A stretch of 64,000 bases of DNA from Candidatus Omnitrophota bacterium (lineage in GTDB: Bacteria; Omnitrophota; Gorgyraeia; JAFGHF01), in assembly GCA_043805735.1 (NCBI GenBank), contig JAZDHS010000044.1, positions 4,829 through 68,828 on the forward strand, read 5' to 3'. The notes beneath the pieces were generated by a model, which did not search any database, was not told the origin of the DNA, and was given only the letters and a program-made list of their open reading frames with translations. Of the stretch, positions 1 to 9,375 are shown piece after piece; position 1 is the first letter of the stretch, and each line of letters starts with the position of its first letter. The position numbers were made by a program, and so were the translations under genes.

Positions 1-809
1 ACGAACGCATCGATTTCAACGAAGTCAGCGATTTGGCCAAAAAGCATCAGCCGAAAATGATTCTCGTCGGGGCCTCGGCCTATCCGCGGACTCTCGATTT
101 CGCGCGTTTTCGCGCGATCGCTGACGAGGTCGGCGCGTTTATGCTTACGGATATTGCCCATATCGCGGGGCTCGTCGCCGCGGGCCTGCACCCAACACCC
201 GTGCCTTATTCCGAATTTGTTACCACCACGACGCACAAAACCTTACGCGGACCGCGCGCCGGAATGATTATGTGCCGTAAGGAATTCGCCGAGAAGATCG
301 ACTCCGAGGTTTTCCCCGGGATTCAGGGCGGGCCGTTAATGCATGTGATTGCCGCCAAGGCCGTGGCCTTAAAGCTGGCCCTGGCGCCGGAGTTTAAGAA
401 ATACCAGGCTCAAATTGTGGCTAACGCCAAAACACTGGCCGCGGAGTTGGACCGGCGCGGCTACCGTATCGTTTCCGGCGGCACCGATACGCACCTGCTC
501 CTGGTGGACTTGCGGTCCAAAAATATTACCGGCAAAGACGCGGCCTTCGCGCTGCACCAAGCCAATATCGTGGCTAACAAAAACTTAATTCCCTATGATC
601 CCCGCGGTGCGCAATTGACCAGCGGGCTGCGTTTAGGCACGCCCAGCGTGACCACGCGCGGGATGAAAGAAAATGAGATGCGCCAGATCGCCTGCCTGAT
701 CGATGGAGTGCTTTGCGCCCCTGACAACGCCAAGACAATCGCGATGACTAAAAAAGAAGTAGTCAAGCTTACGTGCAAGTTTCCCCTTTACAAGGACGTG
801 CGCTTATGA
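1..809 (+). CDS. glyA: serine hydroxymethyltransferase (5' truncated by window edge)
   Basis: [15 protein letters not shown]-lysine motif, [16 protein letters not shown]; frame is open back to the window start. Confidence 0.97.
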   Translation, partial: ERIDFNEVSDLAKKHQPKMILVGASAYPRTLDFARFRAIADEVGAFMLTDIAHIAGLVAAGLHPTPVPYSEFVTTTTHKTLRGPRAGMIMCRKEFAEKIDSEVFPGIQGGPLMHVIAAKAVALKLALAPEFKKYQAQIVANAKTLAAELDRRGYRIVSGGTDTHLLLVDLRSKNITGKDAAFALHQANIVANKNLIPYDPRGAQLTSGLRLGTPSVTTRGMKENEMRQIACLIDGVLCAPDNAKTIAMTKKEVVKLTCKFPLYKDVRL

Positions 810-1276
810 GGCCCAAAAATCAAAAAATGGACCCGCGCCCGGGTTGGGACGAATACTTTTTGGAAATCGCCCAGCTGGTCTCCCGGCGCTCGACCTGTTT
901 AAGAAGAAAAGTGGGCGCGCTAGTAGTGAAGAATAGACGGATTCTGGCTACTGGATATAACGGCACGCCCAGCGGCATTAAGCATTGTTCCGACGCCGGT
1001 TGCCTGCGCGCGAGACTAAACGTCCCCTCCGGCGAGCGGCACGAGTTATGCCGCGGTCTGCACGCTGAGCAAAACGCGCTTTTACAAGCGGCGCTTTACG
1101 GCATTAGCCTGATTGGCAGTTCTCTATATATAACCAATCAACCCTGCCTGATTTGCGCGAAAATGATTATCAATGCGGGCATAAAGGAAATAGTTATCGG
1201 CGGCAGTTATCCGGATAAGATGGCGCTATCGTTTTTAAAAGAAGCGAAGATCAAGATTCGTAAGGCGCGCAAATGA
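806..1276 (+). CDS. dCMP deaminase (ComEB-like)
   Basis: WDEYF, RSTCLRR, GYNG, HAEQNA and PCLICAK zinc motifs; ATG 806 overlaps glyA TGA. Confidence 0.9.
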   Translation: MRPKNQKMDPRPGWDEYFLEIAQLVSRRSTCLRRKVGALVVKNRRILATGYNGTPSGIKHCSDAGCLRARLNVPSGERHELCRGLHAEQNALLQAALYGISLIGSSLYITNQPCLICAKMIINAGIKEIVIGGSYPDKMALSFLKEAKIKIRKARK

Positions 1277-1731
1277 AGTGTCCATTCTGCAGTAACATCG
1301 AAGATAAGGTAGTCGATTCGCGCCAGAGCGCCGAGGGCAACTCGATCCGCCGCCGGCGCGAGTGCCTGAAATGCCAGCGGCGCTTTACCACCTATGAAAC
1401 GCTGGAAGAGATGGCGCTGATGGTCGTGAAAAAGGACGCCCGACGGGAAGCCTTTGAGCGTAAAAAACTGCTGGCCGGGTTGGTTAAGGCTTGCGAAAAA
1501 AGGCCGGTGGGTATGGAAAGGCTGGAACAGGTAGTGGACGAAATTGAGGCCACCCTGCAGAAAAAATACGAAAAAGAAGTTACCTCGAAGGAAATCGGCG
1601 AGCTGGCGATGAAAAAGCTCCAGCAGCTCGATGACATCGCCTATGTGCGTTTTGCCTCAGTCTATCGACAATTTAGAGATGTAAATCAGTTCATGAAGGA
1701 ACTCAAAGGCCTCTCCGACAAATTCCGCTAG
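1273..1731 (+). CDS. nrdR: transcriptional repressor NrdR
   Basis: MKCPFC zinc ribbon, IRRRREC, ATP-cone, AYVRFASVY. Confidence 0.97.
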   Translation: MKCPFCSNIEDKVVDSRQSAEGNSIRRRRECLKCQRRFTTYETLEEMALMVVKKDARREAFERKKLLAGLVKACEKRPVGMERLEQVVDEIEATLQKKYEKEVTSKEIGELAMKKLQQLDDIAYVRFASVYRQFRDVNQFMKELKGLSDKFR

Positions 1732-1745
1732 GCGGCGAAAAAATC

Positions 1746-4676
1746 GTGGCAGTGCACAGCGAAGAAAAAATCCTCAGCGGGCTCAATGAACGGCAGCAAC
1801 AGGCTGTCGAACATGACCAAGGCCCGCTGCTAATTATCGCCGGGGCCGGCACAGGCAAGACCACCGTAATCGCCCGGCGCATCGCCCAGCTGATCGCCGC
1901 TAAACGCGCTCGCCCGGAAGAAATTCTCGCCCTGACCTTTACCGATAAGGCCGCCGCGGAAATGGAAGAAAGAGTGGACGTGCTGGTGCCTTACGGCTAC
2001 ACCGACATTTGGATTTCCACCTTTCACGCCTTCGGCGACCGGATCTTGCGCGAAAACGCCCTCGAGCTTGGCCTAGACCCGGAATTCCAGGTACTCACCC
2101 GGTCCGACCAGATTATTTTTCTGCGCGAACACCTCTTCGATTTTGCTTTAGACTATTACCGCCCGAAAAGCGACCCCGCCCGTTTCTTAGAGGCGCTGGT
2201 CGTTTTTTTTAGCCGCCTGCGCGACGAGGATGTATCCTGGGAAGAATATGTGCGCTATGCCCAGAACCTCATTGAGCAGTCCAAGGAGAGCCCTCACGAC
2301 GCCGAGCTCAAAGAAACGGCCAAACGCCACGCCGAACTTTCCCACGCTTACGAAACCTATCAACGGCTGTTAATGAAAGAGGGCAAGGTTGATTTTGCCA
2401 ATCAGGTCTATCTTGCCCTTTATCTTTTTCGTCACCACCCTTCGGTGTTAAAACACTACCAAGAGCAGTTTAAATACATTTTGGTCGATGAGTTTCAGGA
2501 TACCAATTTCAGCCAGTTCCAGCTGGTCAAACTTTTGGCCCAAGGCCATAAAAACATTGTTGTGGTCGGAGACGATAATCAGTCCATTTTTAAGTTTCGC
2601 GGCGCGGCGATCAGCAACATCCTTAACTTTATGGACTATTATCCCCAGGCTAAGCGCGTGGTCCTGACCGAAAATTACCGCTCCACGCAGACTATCCTTG
2701 ATAGCGCCTACCGCCTGATTAAACACAATGACCCCGATACCTTGGAAGTAAAATGTAAGATCAGTAAGGCCCTTCTGGCCCAAAAGAAAAAGGGCCCCAG
2801 GATTGAACATTTGCATTTTGACAGCGGCATGGTCGAGGCCGACGAGGTAGCGCGGATTATTGAAGAAAAAGTGCAGAAAGACAAGATCGCCTTAGGGGAA
2901 ATCGCAATCCTGGTACGCTCCAATAACGATGCCGATGCCTTTTTGCGTTCCTTGAATATGCGCTCGCTTCCCTGGCGCTTTTCTGGCAATCAAGGGCTCT
3001 ATGGCCAGGAAGAAATCCGTTTTCTGATTTCTTTCCTGCGCGCGATCGCCGACCCCGACGACAGCGTTAGCCTTTATCATCTGGTGAGCTTTCCCGAGGT
3101 TTACGACCTGGAGATGGCCGATTTGGCCCGCTGTTTGAATTGGGCGAATAAGAAAAACCGCTCGCTCTTTACGGTGTTTAGTCAGCTTGATTCCCTGGAA
3201 GATTTAGCCGGGATCAGCGATAAATCGAGAAAGAAAATTGCCAAAATTGTCACGGACGTTACGTTTTATCTTAAAGAGTCGCGTAATCTGCCTACGGGAA
3301 GGCTGATGTATCTTTTTTTACAGCAGAGTGGATTTCTGAAGAAATTGGTCCGTGAAGAGAATGTCCTTAATGAGCAGCGGATAAAGAATATCGCCCGGTT
3401 TTTTAACATCGTGGCCAACTTTGAGAATCTCAGTAACGTTGACCGGCTGCCCAACTTTGTCCAGCACCTGAATATGCTCATCTCCTCCGGAGACGACCCG
3501 GCTACCGCGGAGGCCGAATTAGACCTAGAGGCGGTGAATGTGCTCACCCTCCACAAGGCCAAGGGCCTGGAGTTTACGCTGGTGTTCCTGGTCAACTTGG
3601 TGCAGGGGCGTTTTCCCTGGCCCAAACGCAAAGAGGCGATTGAAATACCGCTGGACCTGGTGAAGGACATTTTACCCGGTGGTGATTACCATATCCAGGA
3701 GGAACGCCGCCTGTTTTATGTCGGGATGACCCGCGCGAAAAAAGAGCTATATTTTACTTCCGCCGAGGATTATGGCGGAAAGCGCTTGCGTAAAATCAGC
3801 CAGTTTGTTTACGAGGCCATGGATTTAAGCCCGCAAAAACCGGAGATTATTAAGGCCCAGGCGATACAGAAGATTGAACGCTTTGCCCCCCGCGCCGCCA
3901 AACCGCTTTTGAGTGAAAAACCAATTGCCGCTGATGAGCTGCTTACTTTGAGTTTTCGCCAAATCGACGATTATTTAACCTGCCCGCTAAAATACAAATA
4001 TGTGCATATCCTGCGCATCCCGATTTTACGCCACCATAGCGTCGTCTACGGCAGCGCCATCCATAAGGCCATTCTGGATTTCTACCAGGCCAAAATGGCG
4101 CAAAGAAAATTTACTCCCGATGATCTAGCGCGCAGTTTTACCGCGGCCTGGGTCAATGAAGGGTTTTTGTCGCGCGCGCACGAAGAGCAGCGGCTCGCCC
4201 AGGGCCGGGAAACGCTGCAGAATTTCTACAGCCGGGAGAAAGATCGGCCGCTGCCCTTTGCCATTGAACAACCGTTTACGGTGATGCTCGGCAAAGACAA
4301 AATCACCGGCCGCTGGGACCGGGTCGACCAGGGCGAAACCGGCACGGTGATCATTGATTTTAAGACCTCGGATACGGTAAACAAACAAAAGCAGGCCGAC
4401 GAGCGGGTCAAAGAAAGCCTGCAGCTTTCAATCTATGCGTTGGCCTATAAAATGATTAAAGGCGTACTGCCCGCCGCTGTGGAACTGCATTTTGTTGATA
4501 CCGGGCTTATTGGCCATGATCTGCGCACCGAGGCCGATTTAGTCAAGACCGAGGAACTGATTGCCCAGGCCTCAAAAGGGATTCGCGCGCGAATTTTTAC
4601 GGCCAAGCCCGAATATTCGGCCTGTAAATATTGCGCCTACCGCGAGGTTTGCCCGTATACAACTAGTTCACAATAG
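1746..4676 (+). CDS. UvrD/PcrA-type SF1 helicase fused to C-terminal PD-(D/E)xK nuclease (AdnA/B- or AddB-like)
   Basis: AGAGTGKT, LVDEFQDTN, VGDDNQSIF, NYRS, TLHKAKGLEF, EERRLFYVGMTRA; C-terminal GRWDRVD..IIDFKT, QLSIYA, Cys in LTCP and CKYC..VC. Confidence 0.9.
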   Translation: MAVHSEEKILSGLNERQQQAVEHDQGPLLIIAGAGTGKTTVIARRIAQLIAAKRARPEEILALTFTDKAAAEMEERVDVLVPYGYTDIWISTFHAFGDRILRENALELGLDPEFQVLTRSDQIIFLREHLFDFALDYYRPKSDPARFLEALVVFFSRLRDEDVSWEEYVRYAQNLIEQSKESPHDAELKETAKRHAELSHAYETYQRLLMKEGKVDFANQVYLALYLFRHHPSVLKHYQEQFKYILVDEFQDTNFSQFQLVKLLAQGHKNIVVVGDDNQSIFKFRGAAISNILNFMDYYPQAKRVVLTENYRSTQTILDSAYRLIKHNDPDTLEVKCKISKALLAQKKKGPRIEHLHFDSGMVEADEVARIIEEKVQKDKIALGEIAILVRSNNDADAFLRSLNMRSLPWRFSGNQGLYGQEEIRFLISFLRAIADPDDSVSLYHLVSFPEVYDLEMADLARCLNWANKKNRSLFTVFSQLDSLEDLAGISDKSRKKIAKIVTDVTFYLKESRNLPTGRLMYLFLQQSGFLKKLVREENVLNEQRIKNIARFFNIVANFENLSNVDRLPNFVQHLNMLISSGDDPATAEAELDLEAVNVLTLHKAKGLEFTLVFLVNLVQGRFPWPKRKEAIEIPLDLVKDILPGGDYHIQEERRLFYVGMTRAKKELYFTSAEDYGGKRLRKISQFVYEAMDLSPQKPEIIKAQAIQKIERFAPRAAKPLLSEKPIAADELLTLSFRQIDDYLTCPLKYKYVHILRIPILRHHSVVYGSAIHKAILDFYQAKMAQRKFTPDDLARSFTAAWVNEGFLSRAHEEQRLAQGRETLQNFYSREKDRPLPFAIEQPFTVMLGKDKITGRWDRVDQGETGTVIIDFKTSDTVNKQKQADERVKESLQLSIYALAYKMIKGVLPAAVELHFVDTGLIGHDLRTEADLVKTEELIAQASKGIRARIFTAKPEYSACKYCAYREVCPYTTSSQ

Positions 4677-4691
4677 GAGGAAGAACAAACG

Positions 4692-5012
4692 ATGATCACC
4701 TACGATGATTTTGCGAAAATGGAAATTAGAATCGGAACTATCTTAGAGGCCGAGCGCGTGCCCAATACCGACAAACTCCTCAAGCTGATGGTCGATATTG
4801 GCGGCGAAAAACGCCAGCTTGTCGCTGGCATCGGCATGCAGTATGAGCCCCTGAAATTAATCGGTAAGCAGACGCCGGTGCTGATCAATCTGCAGCCGGC
4901 CAACATCAGAGGCGTAGAGAGCAACGGCATGATTTTGGCCGCCGACGCTAACGGAAAACCGGTGATCCTCGTGCCAAAAAAAAAGGTACCGCCGGGGAGT
5001 AGAGTGAAATGA
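4692..5012 (+). CDS. stand-alone tRNA-binding OB-fold protein (MetRS C-terminal/Trbp111/CsaA family)
   Basis: ITYDDFAK, DKLLKL.VDIG, RQLVAGI, NLQPA.IRGVESNGMILAA. Confidence 0.88.
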   Translation: MITYDDFAKMEIRIGTILEAERVPNTDKLLKLMVDIGGEKRQLVAGIGMQYEPLKLIGKQTPVLINLQPANIRGVESNGMILAADANGKPVILVPKKKVPPGSRVK

Positions 5013-5092
5013 GGCGACGCTTTTTGGCACAACTACCATGGCAGCGCATATCTATGTATTGGGACAGTCCCTTAAGGCAAAGGTGGTAAGCA

Positions 5093-5407
5093 ATGAAGTT
5101 TAACTTAGTGTATATTACGACGAAGGATAAAGAGGAGGCGAAGAAAATCGGCTATGAGCTGGTTAAGGAGCGGCTGGCCGCCTGCGTCAATATTATCGAT
5201 CAAATGAACTCGATGTATTGGTGGCAGGACGAAATCCAGTACGACACCGAAACGATCCTGATTGCCAAAACTAAAGAATCGCTCGTTGAGGCGCTGATTG
5301 CCAAGGTGAAGTCTCTGCACAGCTACTCCTGCCCCTGCATCGTCGCTTTGCCGATCCTCGACGGCAACAAAGAATACCTGACGTGGCTAGAGAATGAGAC
5401 GAAGTAG
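5093..5407 (+). CDS. cutA: divalent-cation tolerance protein CutA
   Basis: LVKERLAACVN, SMYWW, HSYSCPCI, YLTWL. Confidence 0.93.
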   Translation: MKFNLVYITTKDKEEAKKIGYELVKERLAACVNIIDQMNSMYWWQDEIQYDTETILIAKTKESLVEALIAKVKSLHSYSCPCIVALPILDGNKEYLTWLENETK

Positions 5408-5433
5408 TTTGCCGAAAAATTTCTAATACTCTA

Positions 5434-5519
5434 GACGGAACTCGGGGGCGTTCTGCGACTGGGAGGATCCACACCGGGCGGAGGGGCCCAGGAGCAGAAG
5501 TGCCCCCCGAGTAACCGTC
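5434..5519. other. long GC-rich intergenic hairpin of unknown class
   Basis: GACGG..CTCGGGGG..TTCTGC..CTGGG pairs with CCCAG..GCAGAA..CCCCCGAG..CCGTC. Confidence 0.7.
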
Positions 5520-5551
5520 CGTAAGACAATAAGGCGAAGGTGAAAGCAACC

Positions 5552-6409
5552 ATGAAACGAGAGTCGATACATTGCGAATTGCTGCAGGAGGGACGGGTAC
5601 GGTGTCTGTTATGCCCGCATTATTGTATTTTGAAAAAAGGGGATAAGGGCAAGTGCGGCGTGCGCCAGAACGAAAACGGCCGGCTCTATAGCTTAATTTA
5701 CGGCGAGACTACCTCGATTGCCCTGGACCCGATTGAAAAAAAGCCGCTTTATCATTTTCATCCCGGCAGCCGCATCCTTTCCTTAGGGACGAAAGGCTGT
5801 AACCTTAAATGCCCCTGGTGCCAGAATTGGTCGATCTCGCAATGCCTGGATTGTCCTACCGAAAATATCACCCCGGAACAAGTAGTCGCCAAGGCCAAAG
5901 AGATGCAGTCTCTGGGAATCGCTTATACTTATAATGAACCGTTTATCTGGTTTGAATTTGTTTACGATACGGCGCGGCTGGCCCGCCAGGAAGGTTTGAA
6001 AAATGTTTTAGTCACTAACGGCTATGTTAACCAAAAGCCGCTGGAGGAAATCATCGGCCTGATTGATGCGATGAATATTGACGTTAAATCAATGGAGGAG
6101 CAATTCTACCAAAAATATTGCCAGGGCAAGCTTGGGCCTGTCCTGAGTACTTGCGAATATGCCGCCGCGGCTGGCTGCCATATCGAACTTACTTACCTGG
6201 TCATTCCTACGCTTAACGATAGCGAAGAAAATTTCCGTAAACTTACCGAATGGGTGTTCACCCGTCTGGGTGAAAATACGCCCCTGCATTTTTCCCGCTA
6301 TTTCCCGACGTATCAAATGAATATCCCGCCCACACCGCCGGCGGTGCTCGAAAAAGCCCAAGCAATTGCCAAGACTAAACTGCGCAATGTCTATTTAGGG
6401 AATGTTTAA
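5552..6409 (+). CDS. amrS: AmmeMemoRadiSam system radical SAM enzyme (short paralogue)
   Basis: CLLCPHYC, DPIEKKPLYHF, GCNLKCPWCQNWSISQ (CxxxCxxC), YTYNEP, PLHFSRYFP, VYLGNV. Confidence 0.9.
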   Translation: MKRESIHCELLQEGRVRCLLCPHYCILKKGDKGKCGVRQNENGRLYSLIYGETTSIALDPIEKKPLYHFHPGSRILSLGTKGCNLKCPWCQNWSISQCLDCPTENITPEQVVAKAKEMQSLGIAYTYNEPFIWFEFVYDTARLARQEGLKNVLVTNGYVNQKPLEEIIGLIDAMNIDVKSMEEQFYQKYCQGKLGPVLSTCEYAAAAGCHIELTYLVIPTLNDSEENFRKLTEWVFTRLGENTPLHFSRYFPTYQMNIPPTPPAVLEKAQAIAKTKLRNVYLGNV

Positions 6410-8094
6410 GGCTGGGCGGCGGACTTTAGGGGGGAGATACGGTCAACCAAGCCGGCCTTCTCTTTAAGCGTTTCCAGCCAGAGCATATAGAAGTCATTTT
6501 TCCTTTTACCCAGCAGCGTTTCTTTAAATGACTCCTTTTCTTGGCCGAATTTTTCTTGGTCGATAGGGAAAAGTTGTACCAGACTCGCAATACAGTAACC
6601 GTTGGGCACCGCAATAACTTCACTCGCCTCTCCGCTGGCCAAGCCAAAGACGGCCTGGGCAAATTCCGGGCTGCGGCCGATAACGGAAATGTAACCGTTG
6701 CGGGTAAATTCTTCTGTTTCTTTGGGCTCCAGAGAAAGTTTTTTCGCCGCGTCGGTGAAAGTCGATTTATTATCCTGCAGCAATTCCTTGAGCTTAACCA
6801 GCATTTCTTGCGCCTTTTCCTGCGCGCGCCCCAGCGCCTTTTGTTTAATTACGGCCTGTTCGCTCTGCTCTTCTACGGCGGAAAAATCGGGGACAAACGG
6901 CGGCTTTTTTTCCTTGACTCTTAAAATAAAAGAGCCTTGCGGCGTAGTGATCACATCACTGGCCTCGCCCACCTTTAAGGCAAAGGCGGCCTGGGCAAAT
7001 TCATAAGAAAGCCCAAGCTCGGCAATCGGCTCTTGGGCCTCAAAGAATCCTGTTTCTTTTACCGCTGCCCCGTGGTTTTGCGCTATTTGTTCGAACGCGG
7101 CCGGAGTATTGCTGGCCTCATCGGCCATTTGCCAAACTCGATCTTCCAGCGCTTCCCGGGCTTTTTCCTGTGTTAATTTCGCCTTAATCAGCGACTTTGT
7201 TTCTTCGCTGAGTGCGATTGGCGCCTCGGCCGGCTCTTCGTCTGGCGAGTCTTCCTCGGCGTTTTCCTGGTCTGCCGGCTGTTCCGGGTTAGCTTCTTCT
7301 TTGGGCGCAAACTCATCGCGGTGTTGTTGGTAATATTCATTGATTTCTTCGTCAGCAACTTCTACCGGAAAGAGCTCTGTTGCGCGTTCGTAGGTAAAGC
7401 CGGCGTAGAGTACATTGACCTGTTCGGGTTTTTTAAATTCTTCTTTATGCTGATCGAAATAGCCTTGAGCCTCTTCAAGCGAGGGATGAATTTCACCCAG
7501 ATAGGCGTCTGGCCCAAAGAAAATATAGGCTGCTTTGGCCCGCTCGTTGCGCTGGGCATACTCTTTTTCCGCTTCTTTGTCGGTGATCGTGACTTCTTTG
7601 GTGATTTGCTGGCGTAGCTTCTCAATCATCAGCTCCTGGCGAATTTGCTCTTCGAACTCCCGCGGGTTTAGGCGGAAGGAATAATTGATAATCGAATTAT
7701 AGCGGGCCTGGTCAAACCGGCCGTCTTTTTGGAATAAAGGCAGGGATTGAATGAAACTGATTATTTCTTCGTCGACGACCTTAATTTTTTCTTTTGCCGC
7801 TTCGGACATGACGATCAGGCGTTCCCAGGTGAGCTGTTCAAAATTAAGAAACTGGACGATTTTATTCAGCGCCTCTCCGTAGCGTAACAGCGCGTCCGTG
7901 CGTACCGCGGCAAAGGCGGCTTCGTAGTCCCGGAAAGAGACCTTCTGCCCGAAGATCAGCCCGGCATATTTAGGGGCGTTACGTTCCCGGACCGCGCTGC
8001 CTGAGCCCCAGAGGACGAACGCCGGGATTACCAGGATCGCCAAACCCCACATTATCTTTTTGATATTTTCCCGTTTGCGTAGAAACTGCAGCAT
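6406..8094 (-). CDS. SurA N-terminal/PpiD-like membrane-anchored periplasmic chaperone
   Basis: MLQFLRK start with GTGAGG SD, N-terminal TM helix, FQKDGRFD motif, degenerate rotamase-like segments; start moved from 8148 to 8094 because a promoter lies at 8120-8148. Confidence 0.8.
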   Translation of the reverse strand: MLQFLRKRENIKKIMWGLAILVIPAFVLWGSGSAVRERNAPKYAGLIFGQKVSFRDYEAAFAAVRTDALLRYGEALNKIVQFLNFEQLTWERLIVMSEAAKEKIKVVDEEIISFIQSLPLFQKDGRFDQARYNSIINYSFRLNPREFEEQIRQELMIEKLRQQITKEVTITDKEAEKEYAQRNERAKAAYIFFGPDAYLGEIHPSLEEAQGYFDQHKEEFKKPEQVNVLYAGFTYERATELFPVEVADEEINEYYQQHRDEFAPKEEANPEQPADQENAEEDSPDEEPAEAPIALSEETKSLIKAKLTQEKAREALEDRVWQMADEASNTPAAFEQIAQNHGAAVKETGFFEAQEPIAELGLSYEFAQAAFALKVGEASDVITTPQGSFILRVKEKKPPFVPDFSAVEEQSEQAVIKQKALGRAQEKAQEMLVKLKELLQDNKSTFTDAAKKLSLEPKETEEFTRNGYISVIGRSPEFAQAVFGLASGEASEVIAVPNGYCIASLVQLFPIDQEKFGQEKESFKETLLGKRKNDFYMLWLETLKEKAGLVDRISPLKSAAQP

Positions 8095-8119
8095 CGAATT
8101 CCTCACTTTTTGAGCACCC

Positions 8120-8148
8120 ATTATAGCCCAACATAGCCACAATAGCAA
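8120..8148 (-). promoter_or_regulatory. sigma70 promoter for the ppiD-like gene
   Basis: minus strand TTGCTA-17nt-TATAAT. Confidence 0.6.
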
Positions 8149-8159
8149 GCGAATTATCC

Positions 8160-8188
8160 TTTACAAAATAGGGCGGTTATGCTACAAT
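8160..8188 (+). promoter_or_regulatory. sigma70 promoter for hisG
   Basis: TTTACA-17nt-TACAAT with extended TG. Confidence 0.6.
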
Positions 8189-8241
8189 TTAGGCGCTTAA
8201 ATTGTTTGGTTAAACTATTATAGAGAAGGAAAGATATTGTT

Positions 8242-9138
8242 ATGTGCGCACAACCAGCGGTAAAAAAGGTACTTAAACTGGGCCTGCCCAAGGGTAGCCT
8301 GCAGGAAGCGACCCTGAAGATGTTCCTGAACGCGGGCTATAAGATTAACGTCGAGCAACGTTCGTATTTGCCGACTATCGATGACCCGGAGATTACGGTA
8401 ATTCTCTTACGAGCCCAGGAGATGTCCCGCTATGTTGAGACCGGCGCGCTTGATTGCGGGATTACCGGAGAAGACTGGACGATTGAAAATAATTCTGATG
8501 TCGAAAGCGTGGCCAAATTAGTCTATGCCAAAAAGCGCCTGGTGCCGGTGCGCTGGGTGTTGGCGGTACCGCAGAATTCTCCGATCAAAGAAGTGCGCGA
8601 CCTCTCCGGTAAACGTATTGCTACGGAACTCGTTAACGCTACCCGGGCCTATCTAAAAAAACATAACGTCAAGGCTGATGTCGAATTCAGCTGGGGGGCT
8701 ACCGAGGCCAAGATCGCCGCGGGCTTAGTCGATGCGATCGTTGAGCTGACCGAAACTGGGGCGACGTTAGCCGCCAATAATCTGCGTATTATCGATACCA
8801 TTTGCACCTCAGTAACCCAGCTGGTGGCCAATAAAAAGAGCTGGCGGGATGCCTGGAAGAGAAAGAAAATCGAAAGCATTACGCTTTTACTTGCCGGGGC
8901 GGTAGAGGCCGAAGAAAAAGTCGGACTTAAAATGAACGTGCAAGAAAAAGATCTGCCCGCGGTATTAAAACTTTTGCCGGCAATGAAGAAGCCGACGATT
9001 TCCAATTTGAGCCAAAAAGGCTGGCTGGCTTTAGAGACCGTAATCGACGAGAAAATAGTGCGCGACCTGATCCCGCCGCTGAAGAAAGCCGGCGCCGAAG
9101 GTATCATCGAATATTCGTTGAACAAAGTAATCCATTAA
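8242..9138 (+). CDS. hisG: ATP phosphoribosyltransferase, long form
   Basis: [36 protein letters not shown]-terminal regulatory domain (PTIS.L, GAEGI). Confidence 0.96.
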   Translation: MCAQPAVKKVLKLGLPKGSLQEATLKMFLNAGYKINVEQRSYLPTIDDPEITVILLRAQEMSRYVETGALDCGITGEDWTIENNSDVESVAKLVYAKKRLVPVRWVLAVPQNSPIKEVRDLSGKRIATELVNATRAYLKKHNVKADVEFSWGATEAKIAAGLVDAIVELTETGATLAANNLRIIDTICTSVTQLVANKKSWRDAWKRKKIESITLLLAGAVEAEEKVGLKMNVQEKDLPAVLKLLPAMKKPTISNLSQKGWLALETVIDEKIVRDLIPPLKKAGAEGIIEYSLNKVIH

Positions 9139-9151
9139 AACGGGGGTGCAT

Positions 9152-9247
9152 ATGCCTTGCGGAAGAAAACGCAAAAGAAAGAAGATGTCCAAGCACAAGA
9201 GGAAGAAAAGACTTAGAAGAGATAGGCATAAGAAAAGAGATAGATAG
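9152..9247 (+). CDS. 31-aa basic AURKAIP1/COX24-domain (bS22/mS38-like) small ribosomal protein; not in ORF track
   Basis: MPCGRKRKRKKMSKHKRKKRLRRDRHKKRDR*, GGGGG SD; matches the KRxKKMxKHKxKKxLRxxRH pattern. Confidence 0.85.
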   Translation: MPCGRKRKRKKMSKHKRKKRLRRDRHKKRDR

Positions 9248-9253
9248 ACCTTC

Positions 9254-9344
9254 TTAGACCCTTCCTTAATGGATAGGAAGGTCTATCTATCAGGGTTAGA
9301 CCCTTCGTTAATATGGAATTGCGAAGGTCTACCCTTTAGGGTTA
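9254..9344 (-). repeat. two tandem copies (9254-9298, 9296-9344) of a 45-49 bp REP-like hairpin element
   Basis: reverse complement of 9296-9344 matches 40374-40422 at 46/49 positions; the copies share a TTA junction. Confidence 0.85.
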
Positions 9345-9375
9345 AGGATAACAGAAGGCTATAAATAAATTTCCG

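Noticed and set aside
4976-4984. A9 run as a phase-variation or frameshift site
   Set aside because: In frame (Lys codons) near the end of an intact gene.
5061-5071. GGGACAGTCCC short palindrome as a repeat element
   Set aside because: Single 11-bp occurrence in the window; too short to support.
5434-5519. SRP (4.5S) RNA or tRNA-Sec
   Set aside because: No SRP domain IV signature (GNRA loop with CAGG/AGCA internal loop) on either strand, and no cloverleaf.
9254-9344. Tandem hairpin repeats as a mini CRISPR array
   Set aside because: Only two abutting units with no unique spacers, other copies are dispersed singly, and there are no cas genes; the Cas4-like Cys motif at about 4.6 kb belongs to a helicase-nuclease.
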